64,000 nucleotides of DNA from Symsagittifera roscoffensis (GCF_963678635.1 NC_087064.1:32809028-32873027), one strand, 5' to 3'. Positions 36,094 to 47,340 are shown, counted from the stretch's first letter. Notes: generated by a model not told the origin, from the sequence alone. Numbers and translations: made by a program.

Positions 36094-37883
36094 GCCGCCA
36101 ACTTGGATCACTCCATCGATCAAATTCCCATCCAACCAACCTTACCTCTTCAATCCCAATAATACCACTTTTTGCTTTTCCGCCACCCGATTTTCCATCT
36201 AGCAATGTAACATCAGGCATGAATTCCGACACTAACTCACAAATTTCAGTTTTATACTCCATTTCACAGCTAAATAACCCGAATATTGAAACCCCCGACG
36301 AATTTGCCGACTCAGAACCATCTCCATCCAATAATTTTCATAACCCTTCTCATTTTTCTCAACCTCCTTTTCAACCCATATTATCAAATAACCCTGACCC
36401 AATCACTCCTACACCCTCTTATGCTTCCCAAGTTACCCCAACCTACTCCTCATACCATTCTGACCAATCATCTCCAGACACCCCCCGAATCTCCCCAGAG
36501 CTAGACAATTTTATTACCCTCCAACAACAACCCTACCACCTTAACACCCCGACCATAAACCAAATCTCCTCCACTACAAATTCATCCAATCCCCCTACAC
36601 CCTCTTCAAATTATACCGAATCATTAGCACCATCATCCACATCAACTGAATCCTCACTCAACACTAATAGAGCTTATCGCACTTTTAAAAGAAAGTTCCC
36701 CAACCATCCTTTCCCAGCAAAACCAGGAACAGCCCGAGAATACATCAACCACCCCCAACATACTAACACTAGAGAATTTTTAGCCATCACTTTACCCTCA
36801 TTTCCACAATACACCTTAAACACCCCTCATGACGCTAACGAAACACGCAACTTTGTAGACGAATACGTTTTAATGCCCACTCTCTCTTGGACCTCATACT
36901 ATCATTTCACTAACCCTCTTTGCTTACCTTTAACTAACACATCCATTGATATAGACCGAAACAAAGACATGCTATATCGACTAACTACACCACTCACCGC
37001 TAGACAATTTACTTACGTTGGATATAAAAAATCACTAAAAATACACACTGCACCTAGAGCTAACGAATACACACTAGAATACTATGATCACAACATCATC
37101 AGAGCTAACCAAGATCAATTCTTAGACGACGATCGCTTCGCTAACCCACAAATCACCGAGAAATTTTTCATCAATACACCATATGTATTTACACTAAACA
37201 TCTTCGACCGAAAGTTTGATCACATTATTTCAGAAGCACTAACAAGCACACAAGCGTACGAAAGTTTTAAAGAACGCTTCCAAATCTTTTCACTAACCTT
37301 TCATTTCCTTGCACCACACGAAAGAGATTTACACTGCTCACACGATATTATGTTGCGAACTAAACAAACACATACATACAGTTACTATCGTTTCATCCAA
37401 AATCACTTTGACCTCCACACACCCTCTAGACAACCACACCATCGCTTTCAATTCATCAATTCAAAATACACTTCACCGTATTTCCTAAATTTCACATATT
37501 GTATTAAAAATACTAACCTTCATGGTATTCTTCGTAATTATGACCCCATAACCCAAATGTATATTTTCTGCCCCATCACCAAGACCTTCAACGCAGAAGA
37601 ATCCCGACCCTTCCTTATCCCGCACGAGTTTGTACAGCCTATAGAAATCCCCATTTTAGAATTCATCCACAACACTAAATTTAACCACAAGTTATATAAC
37701 TTAATCCAAAACACACCTTATGAGTTTGCAGTAGGCACTGAAGAACTAACCACTATTAAGGCACTTCAATTGCTTTGGCCACTACTTCAAACTAAAAATA
37801 TCATCCGCATCTTAGCTAAACTACTAACAACTTCAGAACTAATTCACAATATCTTCCCCCACGGTTTTTTCCCCGACGACTAA
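36090..37883 (+). CDS. ORF3 (597 aa), unknown function. Pro/Ser/Thr-rich N-terminal half and a structured C-terminal half.
   Basis: Its ATG overlaps the env-like stop (cgATGAgc at 36090-36093). It is conserved in the degenerate copy (822-1495, minus strand). No recognisable motif. Confidence 0.7.
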   Translation: MSRQLGSLHRSNSHPTNLTSSIPIIPLFAFPPPDFPSSNVTSGMNSDTNSQISVLYSISQLNNPNIETPDEFADSEPSPSNNFHNPSHFSQPPFQPILSNNPDPITPTPSYASQVTPTYSSYHSDQSSPDTPRISPELDNFITLQQQPYHLNTPTINQISSTTNSSNPPTPSSNYTESLAPSSTSTESSLNTNRAYRTFKRKFPNHPFPAKPGTAREYINHPQHTNTREFLAITLPSFPQYTLNTPHDANETRNFVDEYVLMPTLSWTSYYHFTNPLCLPLTNTSIDIDRNKDMLYRLTTPLTARQFTYVGYKKSLKIHTAPRANEYTLEYYDHNIIRANQDQFLDDDRFANPQITEKFFINTPYVFTLNIFDRKFDHIISEALTSTQAYESFKERFQIFSLTFHFLAPHERDLHCSHDIMLRTKQTHTYSYYRFIQNHFDLHTPSRQPHHRFQFINSKYTSPYFLNFTYCIKNTNLHGILRNYDPITQMYIFCPITKTFNAEESRPFLIPHEFVQPIEIPILEFIHNTKFNHKLYNLIQNTPYEFAVGTEELTTIKALQLLWPLLQTKNIIRILAKLLTTSELIHNIFPHGFFPDD

Positions 37884-37889
37884 CAGGTA

Positions 37890-37965
37890 AGTATGAACTA
37901 AATGAATATTACTAACTAATTAAAATATTGAAAAACTCACCATTCCTTATTCATGTTTTCTTTAG
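37890..37965 (+). other. Intron-like signal immediately after the ORF3 stop: consensus donor, TACTAAC branch point, pyrimidine tract and AG.
   Basis: gactaaCAG|GTAAGTATg ... atTACTAACtaat ... ttcatgttttctttAG|att. Confidence 0.3.
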
Positions 37966-39498
37966 ATTTTTAGCCTTCATCTTCAATCATCTGAAAAATT
38001 CACAAAAGAAAAATAAAAAATAGCAAACTTCTTCAAAACTATTTAAAACCCTATTTAACTTTTGCACCAACAATTAAATAAATATAATACCAATGCAGTA
38101 AATTAATTTATAAAATTTTCCCCTAAAAGCAGTAAATCTACATATGATGAAAATTTGTATCTTAAAATTCCCCCATTACTAGCAGTAAATTTCCAAATTC
38201 TATGCAGTAAATTAATAAAATGCAATTGCAGTACTAACCTTTTGATATTTTCATTCATTCGCACAGAAATTCTATCCACACTCGCACAGCTCGCCCACGA
38301 AGAATTGTTTAAAATAATGAATTTCAGTTTCAAGTTTTCACACTCAACAACTCTAACAAATAATAACAAGTTTCAAACTTTCCTTTAACCCGGTTGGAAA
38401 GGAATCATATACTAAACAAAACTAACCAACGCAGCTTACTAAATACCACAAATCATAAAATAACAGCATGACTAAGAAAAGGAAACCAACGGTACCCAAA
38501 CCGGATTAACCCAGTTTAAAACTGGATAATTTATTCTTTTGAAGACTATTACAAAGTCTTAGAAAGAAATAATAAAACACAAAAAAGTCAAAAGACAAAC
38601 CCATACCACAAACAATTTGCTTTTTGGAAAAAGTACATAACCAACAAAACATAAGTAAAACCACAACAAACCCAACATAAAATGTTGTCACATAACAGGA
38701 CCCCTCATAAAAACCGCATGAAATCATACTCCCACACCTGGCCTAACCCACCAGGAAAGGACGTCCTGAGCATGCTCTATAGCCGGCCTAACCCACCGTG
38801 CTACATCCACGCTTTGTGACCACACCTTTATTTTTAATAAGAGCTACTCAAGGGTGAGTAACTCTTCAAAATAACCGAACTAAAACAAAAAGCTTTTGTG
38901 AAAACAACTAACTAAAATCATAATTAAAAAATATTAAATTAATAAAAGTTTTATAAAATGTAAAATCACATGATGCAATATATAGATCAGAATACAACAC
39001 CAAGGACGAACATCAAAAGACAAGACGACCTCACTACACTCGAGAGAGAATGACCAACTATAATCGATATGCCGCTCACAATCACAACTCAAAGGATTTA
39101 GAGTACGACTTGACCTCGCAGAAAAGGACTTCATTGAACTAGACCAATGACCACCTCGATGTTCAAGTATACGTACAGATCCGAGTAACCAGGCATCCCC
39201 TCCACGCACAATCTCCACGCCATTCCCGAGCTAGATCAAACACAAAAGAAGTTCTCTCCGAAGAACAGAAAAACCTGACATAGCCAACCATTCTGAAACC
39301 AGAATTGATGCTGTTGCAGAGACTCAGTCGTTGTCACAAGAAGAACACAACGTCTTGTGTCCTCAATTCCAGATCCCTGGAACTTCCTTAACAAAAAGGA
39401 AACAAAAGAAAAATGATGTTCGCCAAATACCAACGTCCATCATCCATCCTTGAACTACAAAAGAACTGTTCTAAAAAACTCTGTAAAACCCGGATGGG

Positions 39499-39906
39499 TG
39501 GAACCTGATCTAAACTATATTTTATGATTGGATAAATTAAATGTTTTACCAATGTAAAGTATTTAATATTAACCAATCATGATCCATCTAACTAACAACC
39601 CACTTATTTGTAAGTGCTGAAGTTACTTGTAATTTCAGCACCAGAGAGATTTGAATTTAACTTAGAAATTAGTTGGACTCTCCCGAGCACTTCAGCAGCC
39701 GCAATAAACCAGTATACCCTAGATCTATTGAGCCTAGCAGAGACTAGTTAAACAACCTGAGACTAGATAGTATAAGAGTAAGATTAGGATCGGTATTAGA
39801 CTAAGAAGTTGCACGAATCTATCCGGCCGAAAATAAGATAGCGTGACGAGCAGACGGTGTACCCTATCCGAAATTACTCTATGAGTTACACTCCAGTCCA
39901 AACTCA
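39499..39906 (+). repeat. 3' LTR (408 bp).
   Basis: Identical to 20941-21348. Preceded by a weak purine tract cccGGATGGG. Confidence 0.9.
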
Positions 39907-40335
39907 CAGGGGTGGATCTAGGATTTTCTCGAGGGGGGGGGGCGATTTTTCAAAAATTTTCGAAATTTTTGTCGACCTTTTTTTTTTAGGTCGACCCGAA
40001 TTGATTTTCCGAGCTCTCCCAAAGCACTAAAAAGACCCTGTTTTAGTCAAATTTTCTGCGCCGCAGGCATTTTTTTGGAAAACAGGCCAAAAAAAAGGCG
40101 TTTTTAGTCACTTTTTAAAAAATTTTGACCAAAAAAAATGCGTTTTTTTGGCGCTCGCTCCCCCCTTAGAGTAAGTATATATTGGCGCCTAAGGCGCCTT
40201 TAGAAAATTTTTAGGGTCCGTCACCAAATATGGATATCTTAAAATAGTACAAAGGGGGGACCCTTTGGGTCGGCAGGGGGCCGAATCCCTGAGGGAGGGG
40301 GAGGGGAGCGTCCGCCCCCCCTAAATCCGCCCCTG
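39907..40335 (-). mobile_element. hAT-like MITE copy B (429 bp). It is the target of the retroelement insertion.
   Basis: Begins CAGGGGTGGATCTAGGATTTTCTCGAG and ends CCCTAAATCCGCCCCTG, the reverse complement of copy A's organisation. The 5' flank at 20937-20940 (CAGG) equals the first 4 bases of this MITE. Confidence 0.8.
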
Positions 40336-40639
40336 GTCTTGTCAATTTGTGTCAATTTAATGCAGCATGCAGTGTTTGAGGATCTAATTTTTTCGGGTCG
40401 GTTATTATTTACCATTCTAACGTTGATTGATCCCAGACGACAAAATCATTTCATTGACCATGAGGGGTGCTGTTTTAGTCAGTATCACAGTTACTCTTTT
40501 TGGGGATACCAGAGACTACTTATGACGGCTGAGGAGTACATAGCCAAACTAACTGGTACATGTATGATAAATGCGTTCCTGTAAGAGCTATTTTGGTATT
40601 AGTCAGAATCCCCGCGCCATTTTGAGTCCTTCTCATTTT

Positions 40640-41110
40640 AGCCCTCCAGCTCGGGTCTACGATTTTCTCGGAGGACGGAGGTTTAAAAAAATCAAAAAAT
40701 TTTAGATCGACCAAAATGATTTTCTGAGCTTTCCCATTTTGAATGGTGGCGCAGGATATTTTTAGGCTTGTGGCAGAGGAGAAAATTTTCTGTGGCGTTG
40801 GAAATTTTTTTTAAAAAGGCCAAAAAAGTCCCCCCTTTGGTACTATTTTACATTTATTGTTGGCTGACCGAGCATCAAATTTTTCTAAAGGCGCCAATAT
40901 ATATTAATTTTGAGGGGAAGTGCGCGCCAAGAAAAATACGCAATTTTTTGGTCAAAACTTTCCAAAAAGGACTTAAAAACCCTTTTTGGCTTGTTTTTTC
41001 AAAAAATTGCGGTTCTGAAAAATTAGGTCGAAATAGGGTTCTTGATATTGATTTGGGAGAGCTCGGAAAGACAATTTGGTTGACCATAAAAAAGGCCAAA
41101 ATCTTCAAAA
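40640..41110 (+). mobile_element. Diverged member of the same MITE family.
   Basis: cagctcgggtctacgattttctcggagg at the start. Internal ggcgccaatatatattaattttgagggg block in the opposite orientation to copy B. ORF 40768-41118 within it is spurious. Confidence 0.5.
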
Positions 41111-41384
41111 GTGGATGATGTCGCGCTGTTTATATGGAACTCCGAGGCACCCCAAACGAGTTTTTAGCCACTGTTTCTCAAACTTTTTCCTGTTGCTCAA
41201 AAAAAATAGCGCAGCAAATTTTGCCTGTTGCTAAACTATTTAGGATAAATGAGATCTGACAGTATCAATGGAAGATGGTTAAATCAGATTGGTCGGTCTA
41301 AAGAAACAACTTTTCAAAATTCCCTTCCCTCCCCGCGAGAAACAGAAAACCTTTGCACCAACTGTCTTCATCTATCATACTTGT

Positions 41385-41680
41385 ACCACTTCACAGATTA
41401 TAGCGAGGAGCATTAACAACTTAATTACATTCAAGCTTTTCACTTACCAGTTTGTCAAGTGAACGTAATTAGCAAACTGGGTTATGGATTGGGGCCTTTG
41501 AGACGGACCAATCACATTGCAGGAGTGAGGAGACAACTTCCAGGAGTTCCGTATCAATTGAAAGTTGGCTCGGAGTGGAGTGAACAAATACCCTATGACA
41601 ACCCTGAAGACTTTCTCACTTTCAGATGGTTCAAACAAAATGTCATGTGCAAGGAGCAACCCTGGATTTGTAAATGACAC
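41385..41680 (+). pseudogene. 3' portion of the disrupted secreted-protein paralog. It pairs with 18913-19245.
   Basis: HFTDYSEEH then a stop, then ORF 41459-41677 NVISKLGYGLGPLRRTNHIAGVRRQLPGVPYQLKVGSEWSEQIPYDNPEDFLTFRWFKQNVMCKEQPWIC. This aligns to the C-terminus of the 49946-50695 protein. Confidence 0.7.
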
Positions 41681-41745
41681 ACTCTCTCTGAAATGAAGGG
41701 AAATAGCGAATGCATTGACTTAAGGTCACGTGAATTATTGTATAT

Positions 41746-42148
41746 CAGGGATGGATCTAGAATTTGTCCACATTTTTGTCCACATTTGTCGCAAATTTTG
41801 TCCACATTTTTTTAGGTCGACCAAATTGATTTTCCGAGCTCTACCAAAGCACTAAAAAGACCCTTTTTGGCCAACTTTTCTGGGTCGCTATCAAAATTTT
41901 GAAAAACCAGACCAAAGAGGCGTTTTTAGGCAATTTGGAAAAATTTAACTGAAAAACATGCGTTTTTTGGCGCGCGCTCCCCCCTCAAATTTAGTATATA
42001 TTGACGCCAGAGGCGCCTTTGAAAAATTTCAGGGCCTGTCGAAAATGGATATCTCTAAATAGTACAAAAGGGGACCTTTGGGTCGGCGGGGGGTCGAATC
42101 TCTGAGGGACGAATTGCCCCCGCCCCTTCCACCCTAAATCCGCCCCTG
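41746..42148 (-). mobile_element. hAT-like MITE copy C (403 bp) with a perfect 8-bp TSD TTGTATAT.
   Basis: CAGGGATGGATCTAGAATT...CCCTAAATCCGCCCCTG. The flanking 8-mers 41738-41745 and 42149-42156 are identical. Confidence 0.8.
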
Positions 42149-43299
42149 TTGTATATGAATAGTTTTCAAATCAAGATAGTTCTCTCAATCTTTAGTTTAA
42201 AAATTTGGGAGTCAGATGGTTCCATTTAAAAATCATCTGCACAATCTTCCATTTTGAGTTAGGTTGCTTGCAGTTTTTAGAAAAAGGGAGGTTTGAAAAA
42301 CAATCCTAGGAAACCTCTAGTTTAGCTACTCGTTTTTAGTAACAATTAATGCAATTGTTTCCAATTTTTATTAGAATTTTCTTTTTGTCCATTTGAAATT
42401 TCGGCCCATGTGAACCATCTACCCCTTGATTAGACCAAGTTAACAAGCTTCCCCCTAAAATCAAATAGCAAACTCAAAAGCAGTAAGGCTTGCATGTACT
42501 ATACTCGAACCTGATTGGCTGAAAATAATTACTTTTCACCAAGTGATTGATTTGCTCCTTAGTTTTTTTTGGAGGGGGGGGGGGGGGGGGAGATGGTTCA
42601 CTTCGTCTTAAATTTCGATAACCTGAGTCCATAAGTTTCCATAATGCATTAACCAATGTTCTTTTTTCGCTCACAATTATTGTTCTAACCGGAGTGAGAA
42701 AAACTCATTACTCTTCTTAATTTTATACTGTTAAAGCGGAAAAACGCTGTGACAACTTTTATTTAATTACGACACCACACTTAAGATGCCTAATTTTGGG
42801 CGGAAATTGGGCGGAAATCCAAAATTCGTGAAGTTGTCGGAACAGTAGAACCAGATCAGGAGATCACCCCTTTTCATTTAGTCAACTCAACGGCAGAGCA
42901 ACATGAACTGCAATTTTTTTGTCAAGACAGTTTTTCAACTCAATTTGAAAATCGCTTTAATTCCATCTGGTACGTGCTCCTATGCATTGCATAAGAAACC
43001 GCGTGAAAAACAACCTGAGATCCTTCCAAATACTTGAAGGTGGACGGAGGAGAAAGTTTCATCTTTGAAGAAAATGTTAGTTCAGCCACTGTCAAATCTC
43101 AAAAAGATCTCAGGTTGTTGTTGTTTGAATAGTGCCCAATTGAAACCGGGTGATTTATTATTTCATCTTGATGAAAATTATTTATGATTAAATATGAAAT
43201 ACACTAAGCTAATCGCGAGTGCAGTAAAAATGATTTAAAATTAAACTAACAAGCCCGTTTCGAATATTCCATCGGCTCGCACAAAGTCAGTTGTTGTTC

Positions 43300-44720
43300 T
43301 GATCAAGCTGTTCAAGCAAAAAATTTTAGAAAACTCAAATGAATCCAAGTCGTGAATCAGTTTGAAAAGTTTTGAAATTCAAAGAACGAATCGATTCGCG
43401 ATAAGTTAACGTTTTCAACGCGAACTCATCAAGCTATGAAACTAGGAGATATTTCTAATTTTCTAAATACGCTATTCAAGCTGTAAAACTTTGAAGTATT
43501 TCAAATTCTTTCATATAGCCAATCAGATGGGGAGATTTTTAAGTTTTTCAATTGAAGTCGTTCAAGCGAAACAATTTTGAACTATTTTTTAGAAGTTATT
43601 TCAAGTTTAAGTTTCTTACCGAGCTATTCAAGCTATGAAACAATGAAACTTTTCAAGTTTATTTGATGAAGCTGCTCGTATGGCAAAGACTTTGAAAATT
43701 TATATTGAAGCCATTCAATTTCAAGCTTTTTTGTTTTTCCGAGTCGGTTTGCTAAAAACTCAAGTTTCCCTATCCAAGCAATGAGACTTTCACGAACCGA
43801 ATCTGTAAGTTTTTCATAGGCAAGGTTTTTAAGTTACAAAATAGTTAATGCATAGACTGACACACTTCGTGAAAAGTCACGTTTATGTAAGGGAGCTATT
43901 TGAGCTATGAATATTATAAATATTCCAAGTTATTTCATATACCGAATACGGTTGGCGAAAAGCTACGGTTTCTAAGCAAGCTTTTCAAGCTATGAAAATT
44001 TGCATTATTTCAAGTTAATTCATAAACTGAATTGATTGGTGAAAACTTAAAGTTTTTCCAAGCAAGGAAATTAAGCTATGAAACTTTGAAACATATCAAG
44101 TTATTTCATAGACTAAATCGGTTTCCACAATGTTTGAGTTTTTGTAAGCAAGCTATTCATGTTATGAAATTTTGAAATTTCTCAAATTATTTCAAAGATC
44201 GAATCGGTTTGCAGAAAAATCAAGTTTTCTAAGCAAGCTTTTCAATCGATGAAATTCTGAGTTATTTCAAATTCTTTTCAGAGCGCGAATCAGTTCGTGA
44301 AAAGTTTTTTTAAGCAAGCTGAAAAAAATTTGTCAAAAACTTTTTAAAGCAAACTAATCAAGTTGAAGTAGTTCAAGTTATGTCATGTTCAAAAGGGTTT
44401 GCTATAAAACCAAGTTTTTTAAGTATGAAGTTACTGTTAAAAGTTGATTCGTTCCAGACTAAAATGCATCCGTGAACGCGAAATTTTGAAAATAAAGCGG
44501 ACAGGCACTTAATGTTTCAAGTTATTCAATAGACCTAATCGCTCGTGAAAAATCTAAAATTTGTAACCAAGCAAGCTATTCAAGCAAAGAAAAACAAAAT
44601 ATTTCCAGTCATTTCATAAAAAATCAGTTTCTCAAAGGTTCGTGAAAATATTTTGAGTTTTTTCAAGCAATTTATTCAAATCATGAAACTTTAAAAAATT
44701 TAACATTATTTTTTAGCGGG
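43300..44720. repeat. Decayed tandem satellite, about 15 monomers of about 90-100 bp.
   Basis: Recurrent …aagcaagctattcaagctatgaaactttgaaa.atttcaagttatttcatagac..aatcggtt.g.gaaaa..caagtttt… at about 95-bp spacing, with progressive divergence. Confidence 0.7.
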
Positions 44721-45049
44721 AATCGGTTCCTGAAAAGTATAGGTGATTCCAATCATACAGATTGCCAAATTTAGTTGATTCGTTACAGACTAAAATGAAT
44801 CTGTAAAGGCAAAATTTTGTTTAAATAGTTTCGGACTTTTTTCAAAAAAAATCTAGAACGTTCTAGACTGAATAATTCTTAGACTTTCTGATCTAAGTGT
44901 TTTAAACCTTGCACTGGATAGCCCTTTAAACATTAGGCTTTATGCTGAAAAGATATCAATCATTTAATATATACGATATGAAACACAGAAGCGAAGCTTC
45001 GCTTTGCAAACACTTGCGAGAATACGACAAAAAGCAGCTCTATAAAGTG

Positions 45050-45130
45050 CAATAAGTAAAAGTAAGAATAGGCTTCCGATTACTAGAAAATCGTCAACGT
45101 CTAAGATTCGTACCTGCGACTTAGAATTTA
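45050..45130 (-). other. tRNA-derived relic (SINE head or tRNA pseudogene). It does not fold into a clean tRNA.
   Basis: Minus strand reads gtggccgagtggttaatg (A-box-like) and cgcaggtacgaatct (B-box-like). Confidence 0.25.
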
Positions 45131-46035
45131 GGAGTTGCCAACATTAACCACTCGGCCACGGACGCTTGATAGTCACCAAACACAAGCCACAAGTAAAACA
45201 GAGAACAGATGCTATGCAATTTCCAATGTTACAGTGAAACTTTCAAATAAATGAACACTTTTAAAGAACACGTAAATTTGCGAGTTTGGTTAGAAAAAAA
45301 CAGAAGGTTCGTAATATTACACTGAGCAAAAGCAATGTAAAAGTAAGACTTCTTAAGCACAAAAAAAGATCTTTTTTTTCTTAGAGAAATAAAATCACCC
45401 CAAAACTACGGTTCCATTGCTGACAAAACTATATGAAAACTAGCAAAATAACCTTCTCAATTTTATAATCACATTTATGTTCGTTTCATAACGAAAAAAT
45501 GTCATTTTTATGATAAAAAATACCAATTTTAATTGAAAACAATTTTTGAACATTGGGAGATTATATTTTTCTTAAACTTTGTTGGGCTTAATACAAGGCT
45601 CATTTTGATATAGCTCTGTCAGAAATTGAACTGATAGTTTTGACTTTGGCGTGACTTTTGATTTTCTTTAAAAAACAAAAAAGATCCCTTTTGGGGTAAG
45701 ACTTTTTCTCAATATCAGGCCCAATTTTGCTATATAAGTTGCACCATATTTATTTTGCTAAAGCTCTGAGCAAAATATGTCTTCTTTTTCTGTCTGAACT
45801 CAACTCATTTTTAGAAAAATCAACTGTGAATAAATCTTTTACCTACTTTTAGCTTTCTATCTTTGTTTTTTTTTAAAGTTTTAGATGGAATTCCAAGCCC
45901 ATAGATTGTTGTCAACAAACTTAAAAATATTCAAAAAGAAAACTGTATTTGTTTTTTCAAAATAGTTTTCAAATCTTACCAAGTTTCCCCTTGTTGCTTT
46001 TGTTCCAGTAAAGATAAATAGAAATAATTTAGTAA

Positions 46036-46330
46036 GGCAAAAATTAGCTGCAAAATGACATTGCGACCATTTGTTCCAATTGCTCTTCATCGAAATAATA
46101 ATTAAAAACTTCAATATGATAACTCATTTAACCTCCTTAGAGTTTTCTTTGATGTACTCAAATTAGACGGAAAAACACTAGATCATCAATTTTTCATATC
46201 CGTAACTGGCTAAAGGTGGCCTAGACAAAAGCAGGCAAAAAATTCTGTTATTTCATCGGATCTTGTTAACTAATCTCCCCTATTGCCATTCGGGAAAATT
46301 GACAAGGTACACAATTCGTAAATGCTTAAC
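46036..46330 (+). repeat. About 300-bp dispersed repeat, copy 1 of 2.
   Basis: About 85% identical to 48070-48368, including …ctcatttaacctccttagagttttc.ttgatgtactcaaatt.gacgga.aaaacactagatcatcaatttttcat… and the ending aaggtacacaattcgta.atgcttaac. Confidence 0.7.
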
Positions 46331-47197
46331 TGTTTAATGCTTTCTTTATAGGGGGGATTTTTTACAAGGTACCACAGGCGGGGAATAGTTAATAAGATCC
46401 ATTTCATCAACATACTGTATATAAAAAACATTTGATATAGTCAATAACTCATGAACCTTGCTATAGTGAGATGAATTTTGTGCTATTGAGAAATTTGGGT
46501 TCAAGTGCTGAAGCAAAAAAATGGTTCAAATAAAGCTGTTTCAATAACACGGCATTTGTTGCTGATTTCATTTTTCTTCAAGTTATATAATTAGAGACAA
46601 AATTCTCAGTCAAGATGTTTTAATTTCCAATGATTGCATTTTTCTATGCTTTATACACCTGGATGGTTTCTGTATTTTTCTTCAACGCTTATATCACATG
46701 TTTGTTTTCAATATTAGTTAAGTTTCTTCATTTGCAAGATTTCGCGGTAAAAATTTTTGGATCCGTCAATGAAATTCTCAGATTCAGTTGCACTACCGGA
46801 ATTCTGATCATTCAATTATGACGTCCAGATTGATTATCACAGACTTCCAAGGATTTGAACACCTCACCAACCAAAGGGTACCCTTATGTTATTAATTGAG
46901 GCGCAATTTATGTAATTTGTAGCTAAAAACCATTAAGTGGCAAAGAATTATGGGCAAATCAGACGCAATGATATATACGTGAGTTCGAAATATTTGTTAT
47001 TCTGTGAATTCCATCAAAAGTTGCTGAATTCCAAATTTAATCTGAAGATTCCTGAGTAATTTTGCTATTTTTGGTATCCTGATTGTGCAATTTTTCAGCG
47101 GTTTCAGCACTGTGTCATTGACTTCTGCATTTTGGCACTAGATTCCACTAGTTGTCATTGATTTTCACAATTGGTCTTCCAACATGAAAAAGCCTGC

Positions 47198-47340
47198 TTG
47201 TATCAGGGTAAAGCCCTGAATGTTTTGACTACCTTTTGACGATCTATGGAGTAGTTTTAACTTTTTAAAAAATTGGAAAAATGTTTTCTTTAAAAAGAAA
47301 AAATAGTTGTTTTTTTTCCGAGATGTTTTTAGAAACATCT
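47198..47340. mobile_element. Truncated member of the palindromic MITE family of 20665-20903.
   Basis: ctgcttgtatcagggtaaagccctgaatgttttgac arm followed by related internal sequence. The second arm is missing. Confidence 0.5.

Larger units (their letters stand above)
20941..39906 (+). mobile_element. Apparently intact 18,966-bp LTR retroelement with gag-PR-RT-RH-IN order (Ty3/gypsy- or BEL/Pao-like), carrying an env-like ORF and extra ORFs.
   Basis: Identical 408-bp direct repeats at both ends with TG...CA termini. Flanking 4-bp direct repeat CAGG at 20937-20940 and 39907-39910. PBS-like TGGTGCGACC 2 nt after the 5' LTR. Long ORFs with CCHC, DSG, YLDD, RNase H, HHCC/DDE and GPY motifs. Confidence 0.9.

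Noticed and set aside
38934-39576. Three antisense ORFs (94, 65 and 62 aa) in the GC-richer region just upstream of, and into, the 3' LTR.
   Set aside because: They are short and overlapping, run antisense to the element, and have no counterpart elsewhere. They are probably chance ORFs in less AT-rich sequence, although antisense transcription from LTRs is known.
40768-41118. 116-aa ORF and the overlapping minus-strand 77-aa ORF.
   Set aside because: Both lie inside the diverged MITE copy and have low complexity. There is no coding signal.
42560-42600. Poly-G run of about 20 bp, with similar G/C homopolymers at 39935 and 55605.
   Set aside because: It looks like a simple homopolymer associated with the MITE family termini. 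It is not a G-quadruplex array or a telomere-like repeat.
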